60,588 nucleotides of DNA from Gracilinanus agilis (lineage: Eukaryota): contig NC_058134.1 of assembly GCF_016433145.1 (NCBI RefSeq), forward strand, positions 309,621,853 to 309,682,440, in the 5' to 3' direction. The notes below the pieces were generated by a model. The model was not told the DNA's origin. It did no database searches and saw only the letters and a program-made list of their open reading frames with translations. Below, piece by piece: positions 11,831 through 24,690 of this stretch. Numbering within the stretch: position 1 is the first letter of the stretch; every line of letters begins with the position of its first letter. The translations under genes and the position numbers were made by a program.

Positions 11831-12995
11831 AAGGAAGAGCCTAAGGCCAGGTTTCAGCAAGTCTTTGTTAAGCGCTTGGTGGGTGCCAGGCAGCATGCTA
11901 AGTGCTGGGGATCAGAGAGGGCACAACCCCATCGCTGCCCTCCCAGGGCTCCTGTTTGAGTAAAGGAGACAACACGCATGTAGCTATAAGTACACACGAC
12001 ATACTGGATCCTTATGCTGTAAATGGAAGATGATGGGGGAGGGCAGGGGAGGAAGGGCCTTTCAGACTTGGGGAGAGTTCATGGAAAAGGGTTGGGGTCA
12101 GGAGACTGGGAAGGCAGGAAGGGTTTTCTATCTTGGAGGTCATAGGGAGCCCAAGGGTGATCAGGCTTGAGCTTGTGCTGAATCACCCTGGACGCCTGGG
12201 TGGTGTGGAGCAGGGGAAGCTGGAGGCAGGAGGCCCAGGGAGAGGTGTGAGTGCTGCAGTGAGAGCAGTGATTGGCACAACACCCCATTCTTGTCTTTGA
12301 GGCTGGACATTATGCCTGGCACTTAGTGGGTGCTCGTAAATCTTCTTTGATCCACTGTCAAGTGGGGATGATACTCCCACTTAAGATAGAGGCTTGAGAG
12401 CTGGACCAAAGGGTCTATCTCCCCCATTTTTTGGATGAAGAAACTGAGGCCCAGAGGTGGCTTGCCTGGCCCTGGCTTGCCCAGGTAAAAAATATACCAC
12501 TAGCTGCCTGCATTGTTGCTGTGAACCTTCTTCCACATGCACATTGTGAATCGGTGCTTTATGGCTCAGCCTCTTCCAGGGAAAGCCCCAAGCCCTCTGG
12601 CCCCCTCCTCAGGCCTGGGAGGACCAGAGGAGCAGGCTTCCTAGTGGGACTGTGGCTGTGTGGGCCCAGCACCTAAGTGCTTGTTGCTGGACTGACTGAT
12701 TGTGAGACCCAGAGACCCCGGTGGGGGTGGGGGTGGGGGGTGGGGCGTCGTCTCATCTGCCAAGGGCTGGCAGCAACATGCTGGCTGCTGACGAGTGACT
12801 CTTTGGTGCTGGCCCTGGCCCTGAGAGGGTTGTCCTTGGGGGTGCCAGCCCCATGGGACTCCTGCACCCTGGGGGTGGGCAGTGCCAAGGACGCTTCCTG
12901 CCTGTTTTCTGCCTGGTGAATCACCGGCCTCAGGCCAAATCCTCCCTGAGCATCAAGGCATGGCGTCGGGCGGCTGACTCCGCGTTTCCCCACAG

Positions 12996-13092
12996 GTTGT
13001 GTACAACATCGGACTTTGCATCTGCCTATATGACATCACCAAATTAGAGGATGCCTACGTGTTCCCAGGGGATGGCGCATCCCATACTAAAG
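12996..13092 (+). CDS. POLR3H: POLR3H coding exon 2
   Basis: cacag|[32 protein letters not shown]; 97 nt; donor G|GTGGGT. Confidence 0.97.
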
Positions 13093-13635
13093 GTGGGTAT
13101 CCCTAGAGTTGGGTGTTGGGAGGGATCCTGGAAGTCTTGTCCTGTCAGCTGGGGCCAAGGAGGGCAGATGGTCTGTCCATCAAAGCTTTGCCTGTGCCAG
13201 GGACGTGACGCAAAGTGGCTCATTCTCCTTTGGGTCACCTCTGATGGTCAGGGAGCCCCCACTGCCCTCCTGTTCTGGACAGCTGGGCTACTTGGGGCTG
13301 TTTCTGGAGTCCAAAAGGATGTCCCCTGGGCTGTCTGAGGCCGCTCAGAAGCACTGTAGCTGGGGGCTCAGTCCCTTCCTCTGTCAAATGGGGAGTTTGG
13401 ACCCATTGATGTCCGAGCTTTTCTCCAGCTCTAGGTAGGGCTGGCATCACATGCCCCCACAGGGCCTCCCTCCAGTCTGGAGTCCAAGCTCCATCTTTCC
13501 TCAGCCGATCTTTGACTGCCCCTGCGCTGGGGACTTCTCGTCCTGGCTGGGCACTGTCTCAGGAAGGCTGATCGTCAGAAGCACACACACTGACCAGCCC
13601 CAAGTTCAGGGTGTTCCACGATGTACCCTCTCCTT

Positions 13636-13835
13636 TTATTTTTATTTTTTTAAGCCCATACCTTCTGACTCAGTGCTGTGTATAGGTTCCAAGGCGGAAG
13701 AGTGGTCAGGGCTAGGCAGTTGGAGCTTAGTGATTTGCCCAGGTTCACTCAGCTAGGAAGTGTCTGAGGCCAGATTTGAACCCAGGACCTCCTGTGTCCA
13801 GGCCTGGCTGTACCCCCTGAGGTACCTGGCTGCCC
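13636..13835 (-). mobile_element. SINE1_Mdo-like SINE
   Basis: T tail, ttccaaggcggaagagtgg, ggaagtgtctgaggccagatttgaacccagg. Confidence 0.8.
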
Positions 13836-16323
13836 TGTACTCTCTTTCAGTGAAGAAAGACTGGTAAGCAGAACCAGGTGACACAATGACCTCACATGAT
13901 CTTGCCATCTGCACTGTCTTGCACCTGCAGGGGGGACCCCACCCCCACCCCACCCCCGTTTCCAGAAGCGGAGAGAGCTGGCTTCCTCTTCTCTTCTCCA
14001 GGGCATCAGGCCTTTCCCTGGGGCAAAGCTCCCTGGGCCTTACTTAGTCCTAGCCAGAACTAGCCCAGAGGCCTCTCTGAACTGAAGGGAAAGTGTTTCT
14101 TCCTCTCTTGGTGAGTGGCTTCCCTCACTCTCCGCAGGGGGATCTCTGACATTGTGCTGCCCCCCCAGGCCTTGGAGCAGCATCCCTTCTGGTCTGGCCA
14201 TTAAATCACCCTGCCATGCTGGCCAGACCCACCTCCCTAAGACAGGCCGGGGAAGGGATTTTCATTTTCAGAAGCCCGTGCCTGAGGGCTCTCTGCCCAA
14301 GCCAGCCAAGGGTCTGAGTCTGGGGGGTAAGCAGGGGCTAGCTTGGCCCTCGGGAGATGCTCCATCATGTGAGGGGATAGCGGTATAGAGTGGCCCCAAT
14401 CAGAGGACAGGCATGGCACTGTTACTCTCCTGCACCCCTGGCGCCTCCTGGCCAGGCAGGGAAGTAGCAGGAGGCTGGGATCTGGGATCCGATACCTTGG
14501 TTAACTTGGGGAACGGGGCCTTTAATTCCTAAGGTGCCTGCCTTTGTGGAAGGTTCCTGACAGTCCCATATACGGAACCTGTGCTCTGGGGCCTCCCTCC
14601 CCCAGCCTCCGCTTTCTCTGCCAGAGGCCAAGCAGCAGAAGCTGGCACAGTGCTGCCACACGCACCAAAGGGCCTTTGATCAGCAGGGCAGGCTTTGAAT
14701 GCCTCCAAATTCCAGGCTAGGGGAAGCCAGGGGATTTTCCCAGGCCTTGCATCTCATCAGCTCCCGGAAGGTAAATGCTCTCTCCCAAGCAGTCTAGACC
14801 TTTGCATTATGGCAGCAGAAAATGCTTCTTGCTTAATGAGGAGGGTCTCTCCCTGCCCCCCACCCTTCCTCCACCTCCTGGGGGGTGCGGGGTGCCCAGT
14901 ACAGCTCTTTAAAGACTTCTTTGTGATAGCTTTTCCTTCTCTCGCCTTCATTTTTCAAGCCATTTTTCTCCCTTTGTCATCCAGAGAGACATTGCACAGA
15001 CCAGAATTCAGACAAGGGGGAAGGCCCTTCTGCCAGACTCCCCTGCCAGGGCCTGGGCTTCCAGAGCTGTGCCAGTCATTCAGAAGGAAGACTTCTTTTT
15101 AACCTCAGTTCATTTTGAGTTGGTTCTGCCCTGTCCACATCCTAACGGACTTGGGCCTGGAGGAAGGTCCAACTTGACTTTGGTGTGGAGAACCCCAATA
15201 GAGGCCTCAGCTACCCCCCCCCCCCCCCCCGGGGCCCCAGGGTCCCGCCAAAGCCTAAAAGCCATCTTGGGAAAGTTTCTTTGAGGTCATCCGGGGTCTG
15301 GTGGCTGCGGAGAAAGGTCAGACTCCTGCTTGGTTGCAGGGCACCTGACCAGAGTAATTGGGGGGGGGGGGTTCTAGGGAGCTCATTTCAAATCCAAATA
15401 GATCTTGATTCAGGGAAAGGAAGAACTTGTCTGTAGAATGGCCTGAAAATGAAATCATTTGCCTTGTGAGGTAGTGAGTTCCCTGTCACTTTGTGGGGTG
15501 TAGATGGGCCTTGGGTTGGGGAAGAGATGGGTTTAGGTGGGGGTTCTTACCCTTTTCAGCTGCATTTGTCACCCTTTGGCTTCCATTTGGGGTATTTAAA
15601 AATGATTCTGAGAAGGTGTTGGGATGGAAGAACGCTCACTAGGCAGCCTCCTCCAAGAATCCAGGGGCCGCATTTGCTCTTTGACTCACAGATGGCCTTT
15701 ACCTGGGCACCTCGAGGGCTGGGGAGCTCCCTCTGCACCAAGGCAACCCATCCCAGATGGGGCCATCTCTGGTGACGAGACGTCCTTCTTTTGGGCCGAA
15801 ACCTGCCTCTCAGCTCAGTCCTGGGCCTGCTCCCTGGCCCCCTGGAAATACAGGGGATCGTCCCTCCCTCTGCCTGCTCTCATGCCTTCTCCCAGGGTCC
15901 TCATGCCTAGAGACTCCGCATGGCCTGAGCGGGTTTCAGTTCAGCTCCCCCGAATCAGAGCAGTTCCAGAGTGAGGCGGGCGGCACACAGCGAGGCCCTG
16001 GAGGTCTCTAGGCCTTTCGGTGGGCTCTGCTAGGTGGGATTCTTGTGTCACCCGCAGCAAGAGCCCTCCGAGGTCTCTTCTGGCTCTGAAGTTCTGCAGC
16101 AATTTCCCTTTTCTTTGAGGGATGGGGCAGGTCTAACGTGCTCGGGGCTCTCTCCCTGCAGGACGTGGGCCAGAAGCTGGAAGCCTCAGCTAACGGCCCA
16201 GCGGAGAGCCCGGCATGCCATGCCCATGGTTTGTCCTTTGTGATGTTGGCCGGGGAGGGACAGCTGGATGGGGGCAGAAGGAATCCTTCAGAGCCCGGGG
16301 CAAGGCTGCTTTGTGTCTTTCAG

Positions 16324-16410
16324 TCCATTTCCGCTATGTGGTGTTCCACCCCTTCTTGGATGAGATCCTGATTGGCGTGATCAAAGGCTGTAGCCCCGAT
16401 GGGGTCCACG
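16324..16410 (+). CDS. POLR3H: POLR3H coding exon 3
   Basis: tttcag|(V)[28 protein letters not shown]; 87 nt, phase 1-1; donor G|GTAAGC. Confidence 0.97.
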
Positions 16411-17047
16411 GTAAGCGGCTCCTCGGCCCTCTGGGGGAGAGCTTGGGTTGGGTGGTCATAGTTGGGCCAGACTAGGCCACGGACTGGCCCTGAAAAGCCC
16501 TGTGTGAATGCGACGTGTAGACGGGTCTTGTCAGTGTGCCTGCCACAGGCTGATCCGGGGGAGCCCCTCCATAAAGGGGGGGGCCTAGCGGTTTGCCCAG
16601 ACCTCAGGGGATATGGGTCAGCGGTGTTTGGGGAGGGCAGCCCCAGTGCTGGACTTTGTAACTCTTGGGGCTGGCCTTGCCCAATGCAAGGTTGGACTGT
16701 TCAGTGGTTACAACCCAGTGGCAGCAAACTTCCCTTTTTTTTTAAACCTTTATGTGACTTGTCCAGAGCCACAGGGCTAGGAAGTGCCTGAGGCCACATT
16801 TGATCTCAGGACCTCCAGTCTCTGGGCAGAGAGCTCTATCCACTGAGCCACCTCTGTCCTAGCCCCATCTTTTTTTTTTAAGTAAAGGAGAAAGAAGTGG
16901 ATTTGGGGAGTCAGGGCGGGGGTGGGGGCTCATGAGGATGACTCATTCCAGAGCACCAGGCCCCCCCAAGGACCCCGAGCTAGGTGCTGAGACCCGCCTG
17001 GAGAGACCTTGATGGGCCCTTCCCAGCTCACCCCCATCCCCTTCCAG

Positions 17048-17111
17048 TCTCTCTAGGGTTCTTTGATGACATCCTCATCCCTCCAGAGTCCTTGCAACAA
17101 CCTGCCAAGTT
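17048..17111 (+). CDS. POLR3H: POLR3H coding exon 4
   Basis: cttccag|(V)[20 protein letters not shown](F); 64 nt; followed by U12 donor GTATCCTT. Confidence 0.97.
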
Positions 17112-17575
17112 GTATCCTTCCTGATTTCCTGATGTCTGGGGAGGGTGCGGGGCTGTTGGCGCTGCCCGGGGCTGCCACTAGGGGGCAGCATGGCCACAGG
17201 CTTGGGAAGGGGCACAGAGCAGCTCCCCAGTGCGGGCTCTAGGCATGCCACCTCTGCATCCCGGAATCACATCAGCTGAGAGCAAATCTCCCTCTTTGTG
17301 GGGAGGGATCTCCAGACGAAAGGGTGGAGAAATGATGGTGCCCAGAGCCCTGGGCTGCTCTCCCCGTGACGAGCTGGATGGCAGGAAGCAAAGGGGAAAT
17401 AAATGCATGCCTCCTGTTTACTGGGCCCAAGAAATGGGGGTGGGACTCCCTGTTCTGGGTGGCTGTTTCCTCTCCTCTAAAGTGAAGGGTTTCAATGGAG
17501 AGGACTTTGCCCTTTGGCCCCGGCTCTGGGCTCAGTTCGTGTTGGTTGAGCACCTTAACCCTTGAACCTGATCAG
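17112..17575 (+). other. POLR3H: U12-type (minor spliceosome) GT-AG intron of POLR3H
   Basis: 5' site GTATCCTTCC; branch CACCTTAAC 17551-17559; no polypyrimidine tract; AG at 17574-17575. The junction restores the F codon TT|T. Confidence 0.95.
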
Positions 17576-17777
17576 TGATGAGGCTGAGCAAGTGTGGGTT
17601 TGGGAATATGAGACCGAAGAAGGAGCCCATGACTTGTACATGGACACGGGGGAGGAGATCCGCTTCCGGGTGGTGGACGAGAGCTTTGTGGACACATCCC
17701 CGACGGGGCCGAGTTCTGCTGAGGCCTCCACGTCCAGTGATGAGGCTCCCAAAAAAGAGGCCCCTTATACCCTAGTG
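17576..17777 (+). CDS. POLR3H: POLR3H coding exon 5
   Basis: [47 protein letters not shown]...EAPYTLV; 202 nt; donor GTG|GTAAGA. Confidence 0.97.
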
Positions 17778-18336
17778 GTAAGAGTGTGTGTGTGTGGGGG
17801 GAGGCTGGGCATCAGCTCGTGAGCCAGGAGGGGAGGGGCGAGAGTCCAAACCCTAGGAAGGCCCAGGACAGAATGATGTTGGCTCGTCTTCCTCTCCAAC
17901 ATGCCCAGCTCATTCACGTGGGAGCAAAGGGCCTGGCCTGGTATTCTGATCATGTTCTCCCGGGACCTGACAGGCTCCCTGGCTCAGCATGGGGGTGGCA
18001 GCTCAGACGGATGGCCACAGCTTCCAAAGAGGGAGAATGGGGTGGGGGGCAGCACCCACCCCAGATATTGCAGCCAAACCAGATTTGAGGAAGGCGGGCC
18101 GGCATGGCGTTGTGCCTCCCTGAAAAGGACCCTGTGATTCCCTCAAAGTCTACCTGGTGAGGCCCTTTGAGGCCCAGAGGTCTACCCAGCCTGGTTTGGT
18201 CCTAGGCACGAAGGAACTCGCCTCCCCTGACCAAGGCCAGCTGGACGGGGGCTTCCTGAAGAGGGCCCATTCCTCGGAACAGGTTGGAGCAAACTGCAGA
18301 GTTGAGGCTCAGTGTCTGTTTTTCCCTCCCTTACAG

Positions 18337-18390
18337 GGATCCATCAGTGAACCAGGCTTGGGGCTTCTCTCTTGGTGGACCAGCAGCTAA
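18337..18390 (+). CDS. POLR3H: POLR3H last coding exon
   Basis: ttacag|GSISEPGLGLLSWWTSS-TAA; total CDS 615 nt = 204 aa. Confidence 0.97.
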   Translation, partial: GSISEPGLGLLSWWTSS

Positions 18391-18970
18391 TGATGGTCAA
18401 GAGGATGTATCTGTGACACCCGTTAGAACGGACAGGCTGGGGTGCTGGCCTCTACTCCCCCAGGAGCCCCTCTTCCCCGCTGCACCTTGGCTTCCTCTTG
18501 TCAGGGGAGCTGGGAAACGAGAAGACCCCCGTCCCCTCTGCTCTCCGTTTTGTGGCCCTGGGCTAAGACAGAGCGGGCCTCCCAGAGGGCACAGCACGAG
18601 GGTTGCTGTGAGATCTGTGCCCAAGGGCCACAGCCAGGGGAGAGCCCTGGTATTGCTGGGAGCGTTTCTCCAGTCTGGCCTCTACGGGAAAGGCAGTGAT
18701 CTGGAGGTTGGAAGCCCTTGCTGACTTTGTAACCTTCCTCCCTCCTGGCCTGTTTCCTCTTCATGAGCAGGGCTGCCCTGAACAAGGATCTTCCCAGCTG
18801 AGCGACCCGTCCCATGGCCGTCACCATTTGCCTATGTGGGCTTGAGTGGCCGGTCACAAACGCGTGGCAGCAGGGATTTTGGCCTCTTGTGAGGGAATGA
18901 CGGCTACCGCCTGGGGAGCTCCAGGGGCTCAGACACTTGACGGGCATTTGGGGAGCTGTTGTAACCCCAG

Positions 18971-18976
18971 AATAAA
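18971..18976 (+). terminator. POLR3H: POLR3H polyadenylation signal AATAAA
   Basis: First canonical hexamer seen, 580 nt after the stop. Confidence 0.7.
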
Positions 18977-19901
18977 GTAGCTTTCTTGGCACTAGCATCT
19001 GGAGCCCCAGCTTCTTCCCCAGGATGTTTGCAGAGCGCAGGTCCACTGGTGGCCAGGCTTAGACTCAGGCAAAGGGCCCCTCCCTGCCCTCACCCTGCCG
19101 TGCCTAAGGGTGTGGGCACCAGGCCCAGAGACTAAAGGTCTGCCTTGGACTTGGGAGCCAGGCGAGGCCAAAGACCAGTAGCAGCCAGGAAGCACCTCTG
19201 CTTGGGCATCTTTGCCCAGGGAGGCTCCCTGGCTGACTAGGTTTGGGCTCTGTCCCTGACTTAAGTCAGTAAAATGGGGAGAAGGCCGCTCCAGGCCAAA
19301 CTTCCTGCACAGAGGAAACTTCCTTCCCAAAGGCCCTTTTGGGCCCCCCTCTTGAGGTCACCTCCAGGGCCCTCACACCCCTTCAGCTCCCTATTGCCTC
19401 CTGCCCAGCTTCCAAGCTTGCCTTCTGGCCCACTGGTCCCATCCAGTGCTTCCTTTCTCTCCTGCTTCGCCCTTTGTGCTGTCTGTGGACACCTGGGATG
19501 CCCTTCCTTCCTCTCCTCAGGCCTGGGATTCCTACTGGGCCTCAGCATCCCCTCCCAGTGCCCTCTGATGGGCATTGCCGGAATGACTTTGGGGAAGATG
19601 TAGGGGAGTCTGGGTGCCAAGGGCGCAGTCCTTGGCCCTCCTGACCCATCCTGGGGGCTCTATGGCCTGCTTCCTTTTCCTCCCACCTAATGGCAGTGAG
19701 CTCCCCAGAGAGCATCAGATACCAAGGGCCAGTGAGGGTCACTTTCACCTTCCTGCCTGTGGCAGGATGCAGTGGGACTAGGCGGCCGTGTGCCTAGAGG
19801 GGAGGAGGGAGGGCGGGCAGGGGCAGTGGCCAGACCCAACGGGGCTGTGGCGAAGGGGGCAGAGACACACAGTGGCCAAGGAAGCAGTCACCGACTGGAA
19901 T

Positions 19902-19907
19902 CTTATT
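19902..19907 (-). terminator. ACO2: Candidate non-canonical ACO2 poly(A) signal AATAAG
   Basis: No minus-strand AATAAA seen after the stop. AGTAATAAGA lies 175 nt past the stop, followed by GU-rich tgtgtgtct. Confidence 0.45.
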
Positions 19908-20081
19908 ACTTTCTGTCGCAAGAACCAAAACGCTTTCTTTTAAAATCCTCAAAGCCATCGGCGAGACAGTCGGGAGGGAAGCACATCTTCGGATGGAGTC
20001 TTGTGTAAAAACGGGCATGGGGGCAGGAGTGTTGGGGAAGGCCGGGATGGACTGGGGCGCAGAGGGCTGGCCGGGAGGGCC

Positions 20082-20216
<135 letters not shown>

Positions 20217-20219
20217 CTA

Positions 20220-20450
<231 letters not shown>

Positions 20451-20529
20451 TCAGAGAAGGAAGGGCCCCAGTGGAGCAGCCTGGGCACAGCAGCTGGCCA
20501 GGGCAGAGATGACCCCAAGGCTACCCCTA

Positions 20530-20940
<411 letters not shown>

Positions 20941-21664
20941 TCAGCATCAGAGAGCTGCCGGCTCCTAGGTTCACACCAGACTTTGTGACCTTGGCAGAGT
21001 CCTTTCTCCCCTCTGCCTCAGTTTACTCATCTGCCCAAAGAGGCTACCTGGATGGGCCGAGCTGAGGGAAAAGAACAGTTCCCGCCCCCCCCCTCCCCTC
21101 CCCTCCCAAGTGGCCCTCTGAGGTCAGCAGAGCCAGATGAGGCGGCATCACTGGGGAAGGCCCTTGGGGGACAGGGAGAGCTGGGGCAAAAACAAGCCCC
21201 AGGGGTGGGACCTCCTGGCCACTTTGAACTGGCACAGGATTTTGGTCCCTGATTCCAGATCTTAGCCTTCCACCTGGGAATCTGAAAGGAAATGATCTGT
21301 CCACGGTCACACAGGTGGGAACAGAATCCAAACTCGGGACTCTGCCATTCCCAAGCCAGAGCTTCTCTTCCTCTGGCTCCTACCCACAACGTGCCAGGAC
21401 CTGTATGCTCTGGGCCCCATGCCCAAAAGATGCACCCTCTCCAGGCTGCTCCCCCACCCAATGCCACTTGCTTGCAGCCCCTGCCAAGAGAACTGGCTTC
21501 CAACCCTATGACCCTGGAGCTCCTTCCACCCTAACCCTGCCCATTCTGCTCTTAGGGGCACTTGGGCAGCCAGCTCCGCACCAGGATGACCAAACGACTA
21601 AGGCCACACAGTTGGTGAAGACAGGAGATGAGAGCTAAGTCTGGGGGTCCTGGCTTCCAGTCTA

Positions 21665-22078
<414 letters not shown>

Positions 22079-22168
22079 CTAGGCAGGGGTGGAGAAGCAG
22101 AGGTTGGGTGCTCACCAGAAGTTGGCTTCGGGGGGGGCCCTACTCCCTGGGGGAAAGGTCAGAGCTCA

Positions 22169-22630
<462 letters not shown>

Positions 22631-22705
22631 TCAGTCTCGAGAGCACGGCCCCCACGGGCTTCCTCCAGGGGCACAGGACGGAACGGGGTGGGGGTGAGCC
22701 GTTAC

Positions 22706-22828
22706 CGCTCTCGGAAGCTCGTCGGCATCAGGGGCCTCAAGCTTGAACTTTTTGCCGTCTTTGCCCGTGAGAAAGTCCGTCTCTGGGTTGAATTTGAGGG
22801 TGCCGGCGATGGCCAAAGCGGTAACAAT
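22706..22828 (-). CDS. ACO2: ACO2 exon 13
   Basis: [41 protein letters not shown]; 123 nt. Confidence 0.98.
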
Positions 22829-23461
22829 CTGAGATGGAGAAAAGCTTGGAGGTGACATCCCCGCCCTGGCTCTCTCTCTCAACCCTTCCCTTCTGTCCTA
22901 GACTCAAACTGGGCATTGGAACAGTAAGGGCCAGACGATAGGGGTTAAGGGACTTGGCCAGGGTCACCTAGCAGGAAGGTCTCTGGGCCTGGCTTTCTCC
23001 ACAGAGACCCACCCCCCCAAGGCTCTATGACAAAAGCCTGGGCTGAGGCAGAGCCCAACCCTGCAGGCCATGACCGTCAGCCCCAGAACCACTGGGAAGA
23101 GAGTGGGGCTGCCCAAGGGCTCCAGGCCAGGGGGCCTCACTCGGGAAGCGGGTGCCATGTGCCCGTCATAGCCTCCACAGACAGGCCTGGGGAGGTCATC
23201 AAGGAGGCCAGAGGAGATGCCACGGCCACGGCGCCAGCAAAGACTCTGCTTGCTCTCTCTGTCCTTATAAGTCATGTGGGGCTTGGACCACCAGCACGTG
23301 GATGGCTGGGCTGGGAGGATCTGAGTGCAAATCTAGCCTTGGACCCTTCCTGGCTGTGGGGCCCCATTTGCTTTGGTTTCCATAACTGAACAATGGGGCT
23401 GACTGCAGGGGTCAAACGGGTTACATGAGGCCCCCCCCGCCCATCGCCAAGGGAAGCTCGC

Positions 23462-23573
23462 CTCTGGGGAGGTGACGAAGGCATGGGTTTCAGGGTTGGC
23501 GTCGTTGCGGCCTGTGAAGTTCCGGTTGTAGGAGGTAACGATAGTGTTCTTCTCCCCCTTCTTAATGTCCTTC
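23462..23573 (-). CDS. ACO2: ACO2 exon 12 (followed by a GC donor)
   Basis: (R)[37 protein letters not shown]; 112 nt; donor GAG|GCGAGC. Confidence 0.96.
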
Positions 23574-23798
23574 CTATAGGGGGAGCAGAGGGCAGCAGCA
23601 GGGGTCACTCCCAGCTCCCTGACCCCTCTCAGGCCTCCCCCTCCAGCCAGGTCTTTCAGGCACTCGTGCCCCCAGGCCCCCTCAGTCCTCCCCACTCGGG
23701 GCCAGCTCCAGGAGGGCTGTTAATGCTGGGCTCTGGCCCAGGGGGTGCTGGGAGTAGCAGCTGGGTCATCTGGTCACTCCTGGGGCTATCCTCCTTAC

Positions 23799-23872
23799 CT
23801 GTCCCATTGGCCGATGCAAGGGCCACAGGCGTTGGCCAGGACGACGCCTCCCACGTCACGCAGGATCTGTGC
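23799..23872 (-). CDS. ACO2: ACO2 exon 11
   Basis: [24 protein letters not shown](R); two [4Fe-4S] Cys ligands; 74 nt. Confidence 0.98.
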
Positions 23873-23977
23873 CTGCAGGAGGGAGGGAAGGGAGGGGGTC
23901 AGCCGAGGCCTGCCGGGCTCCGGGCTGGCAGCCTGACCCACTCGTGCCCCCACGGCAACTCGGCCGGAGACACTCAC

Positions 23978-24135
23978 GTAGCCGTCCCTCTCGATGGTGG
24001 CCCGGATCTGCTCGGAGCCGGGGGTGATGGTGAACTGGGACTTGCACTTGAGGCCGTGGGCGAGGGCCTGCTTGGCCACGGCTGCCGAGCGCCCCATGTC
24101 CTCGTAGCTCGAGTTGGTGCAGCTGCCGATCAGTC
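23978..24135 (-). CDS. ACO2: ACO2 exon 10
   Basis: (G)[52 protein letters not shown]; first cluster Cys; 158 nt. Confidence 0.98.
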
Positions 24136-24584
24136 CTGGAGGATCCGGGAAGGCACGTCAAGAGAACCGAGGCGGCCACGTGCACTCGTGCGGGGCTGGT
24201 CCCCGAGCCGGGCACCGACCGCAGAGGTCACTGGAGCTGGGCGGGGCCCAGGGAGGGAGCCGGCCTGGCCACGGCTCTCCCAGGAGGGGCCATTCGCTAC
24301 GTACGCATGGACAGGGCCAGCGACGGTTCCAGGCTGCCGCCACGACGGCTGTCCGTGCAAACACACATCCCCATCCTCCCTCCGGGCCAGGTCTCTGCTG
24401 GGCTTGGGGATCCCTTCCCCGCCGCTAACGGTCACTCTGGCCTGCCCTGAGCCAGGCTGGCCTTGGAGCCTGCCTCTAGCCACCCAAGTGGGGTGTAAGG
24501 ACGGCCTCCAAAGGCCCTCCCAAACGTGGCACGGCCCCTCCGAGGCAGACTGAGGGTCGGGGCAGCCCTGGGGGCCGAGCTTAC

Positions 24585-24690
24585 CCACGCGGATGTCCAG
24601 GGGCCAGCCTTTCTTTTCTGCCACAGCTCCTATATCAGCCACGGGGTGGGCCAGGTCTGGGGTGAAGGGCCCGTTGATGTGAGGTTTCAG
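24585..24690 (-). CDS. ACO2: ACO2 exon 9
   Basis: [35 protein letters not shown]; 106 nt. Confidence 0.98.

Noticed and set aside
23483-24553. 356-aa + strand ORF and similar long + ORFs at 19993-20663
   Set aside because: Antisense shadows of GC3-rich ACO2 exons and CpG-rich introns
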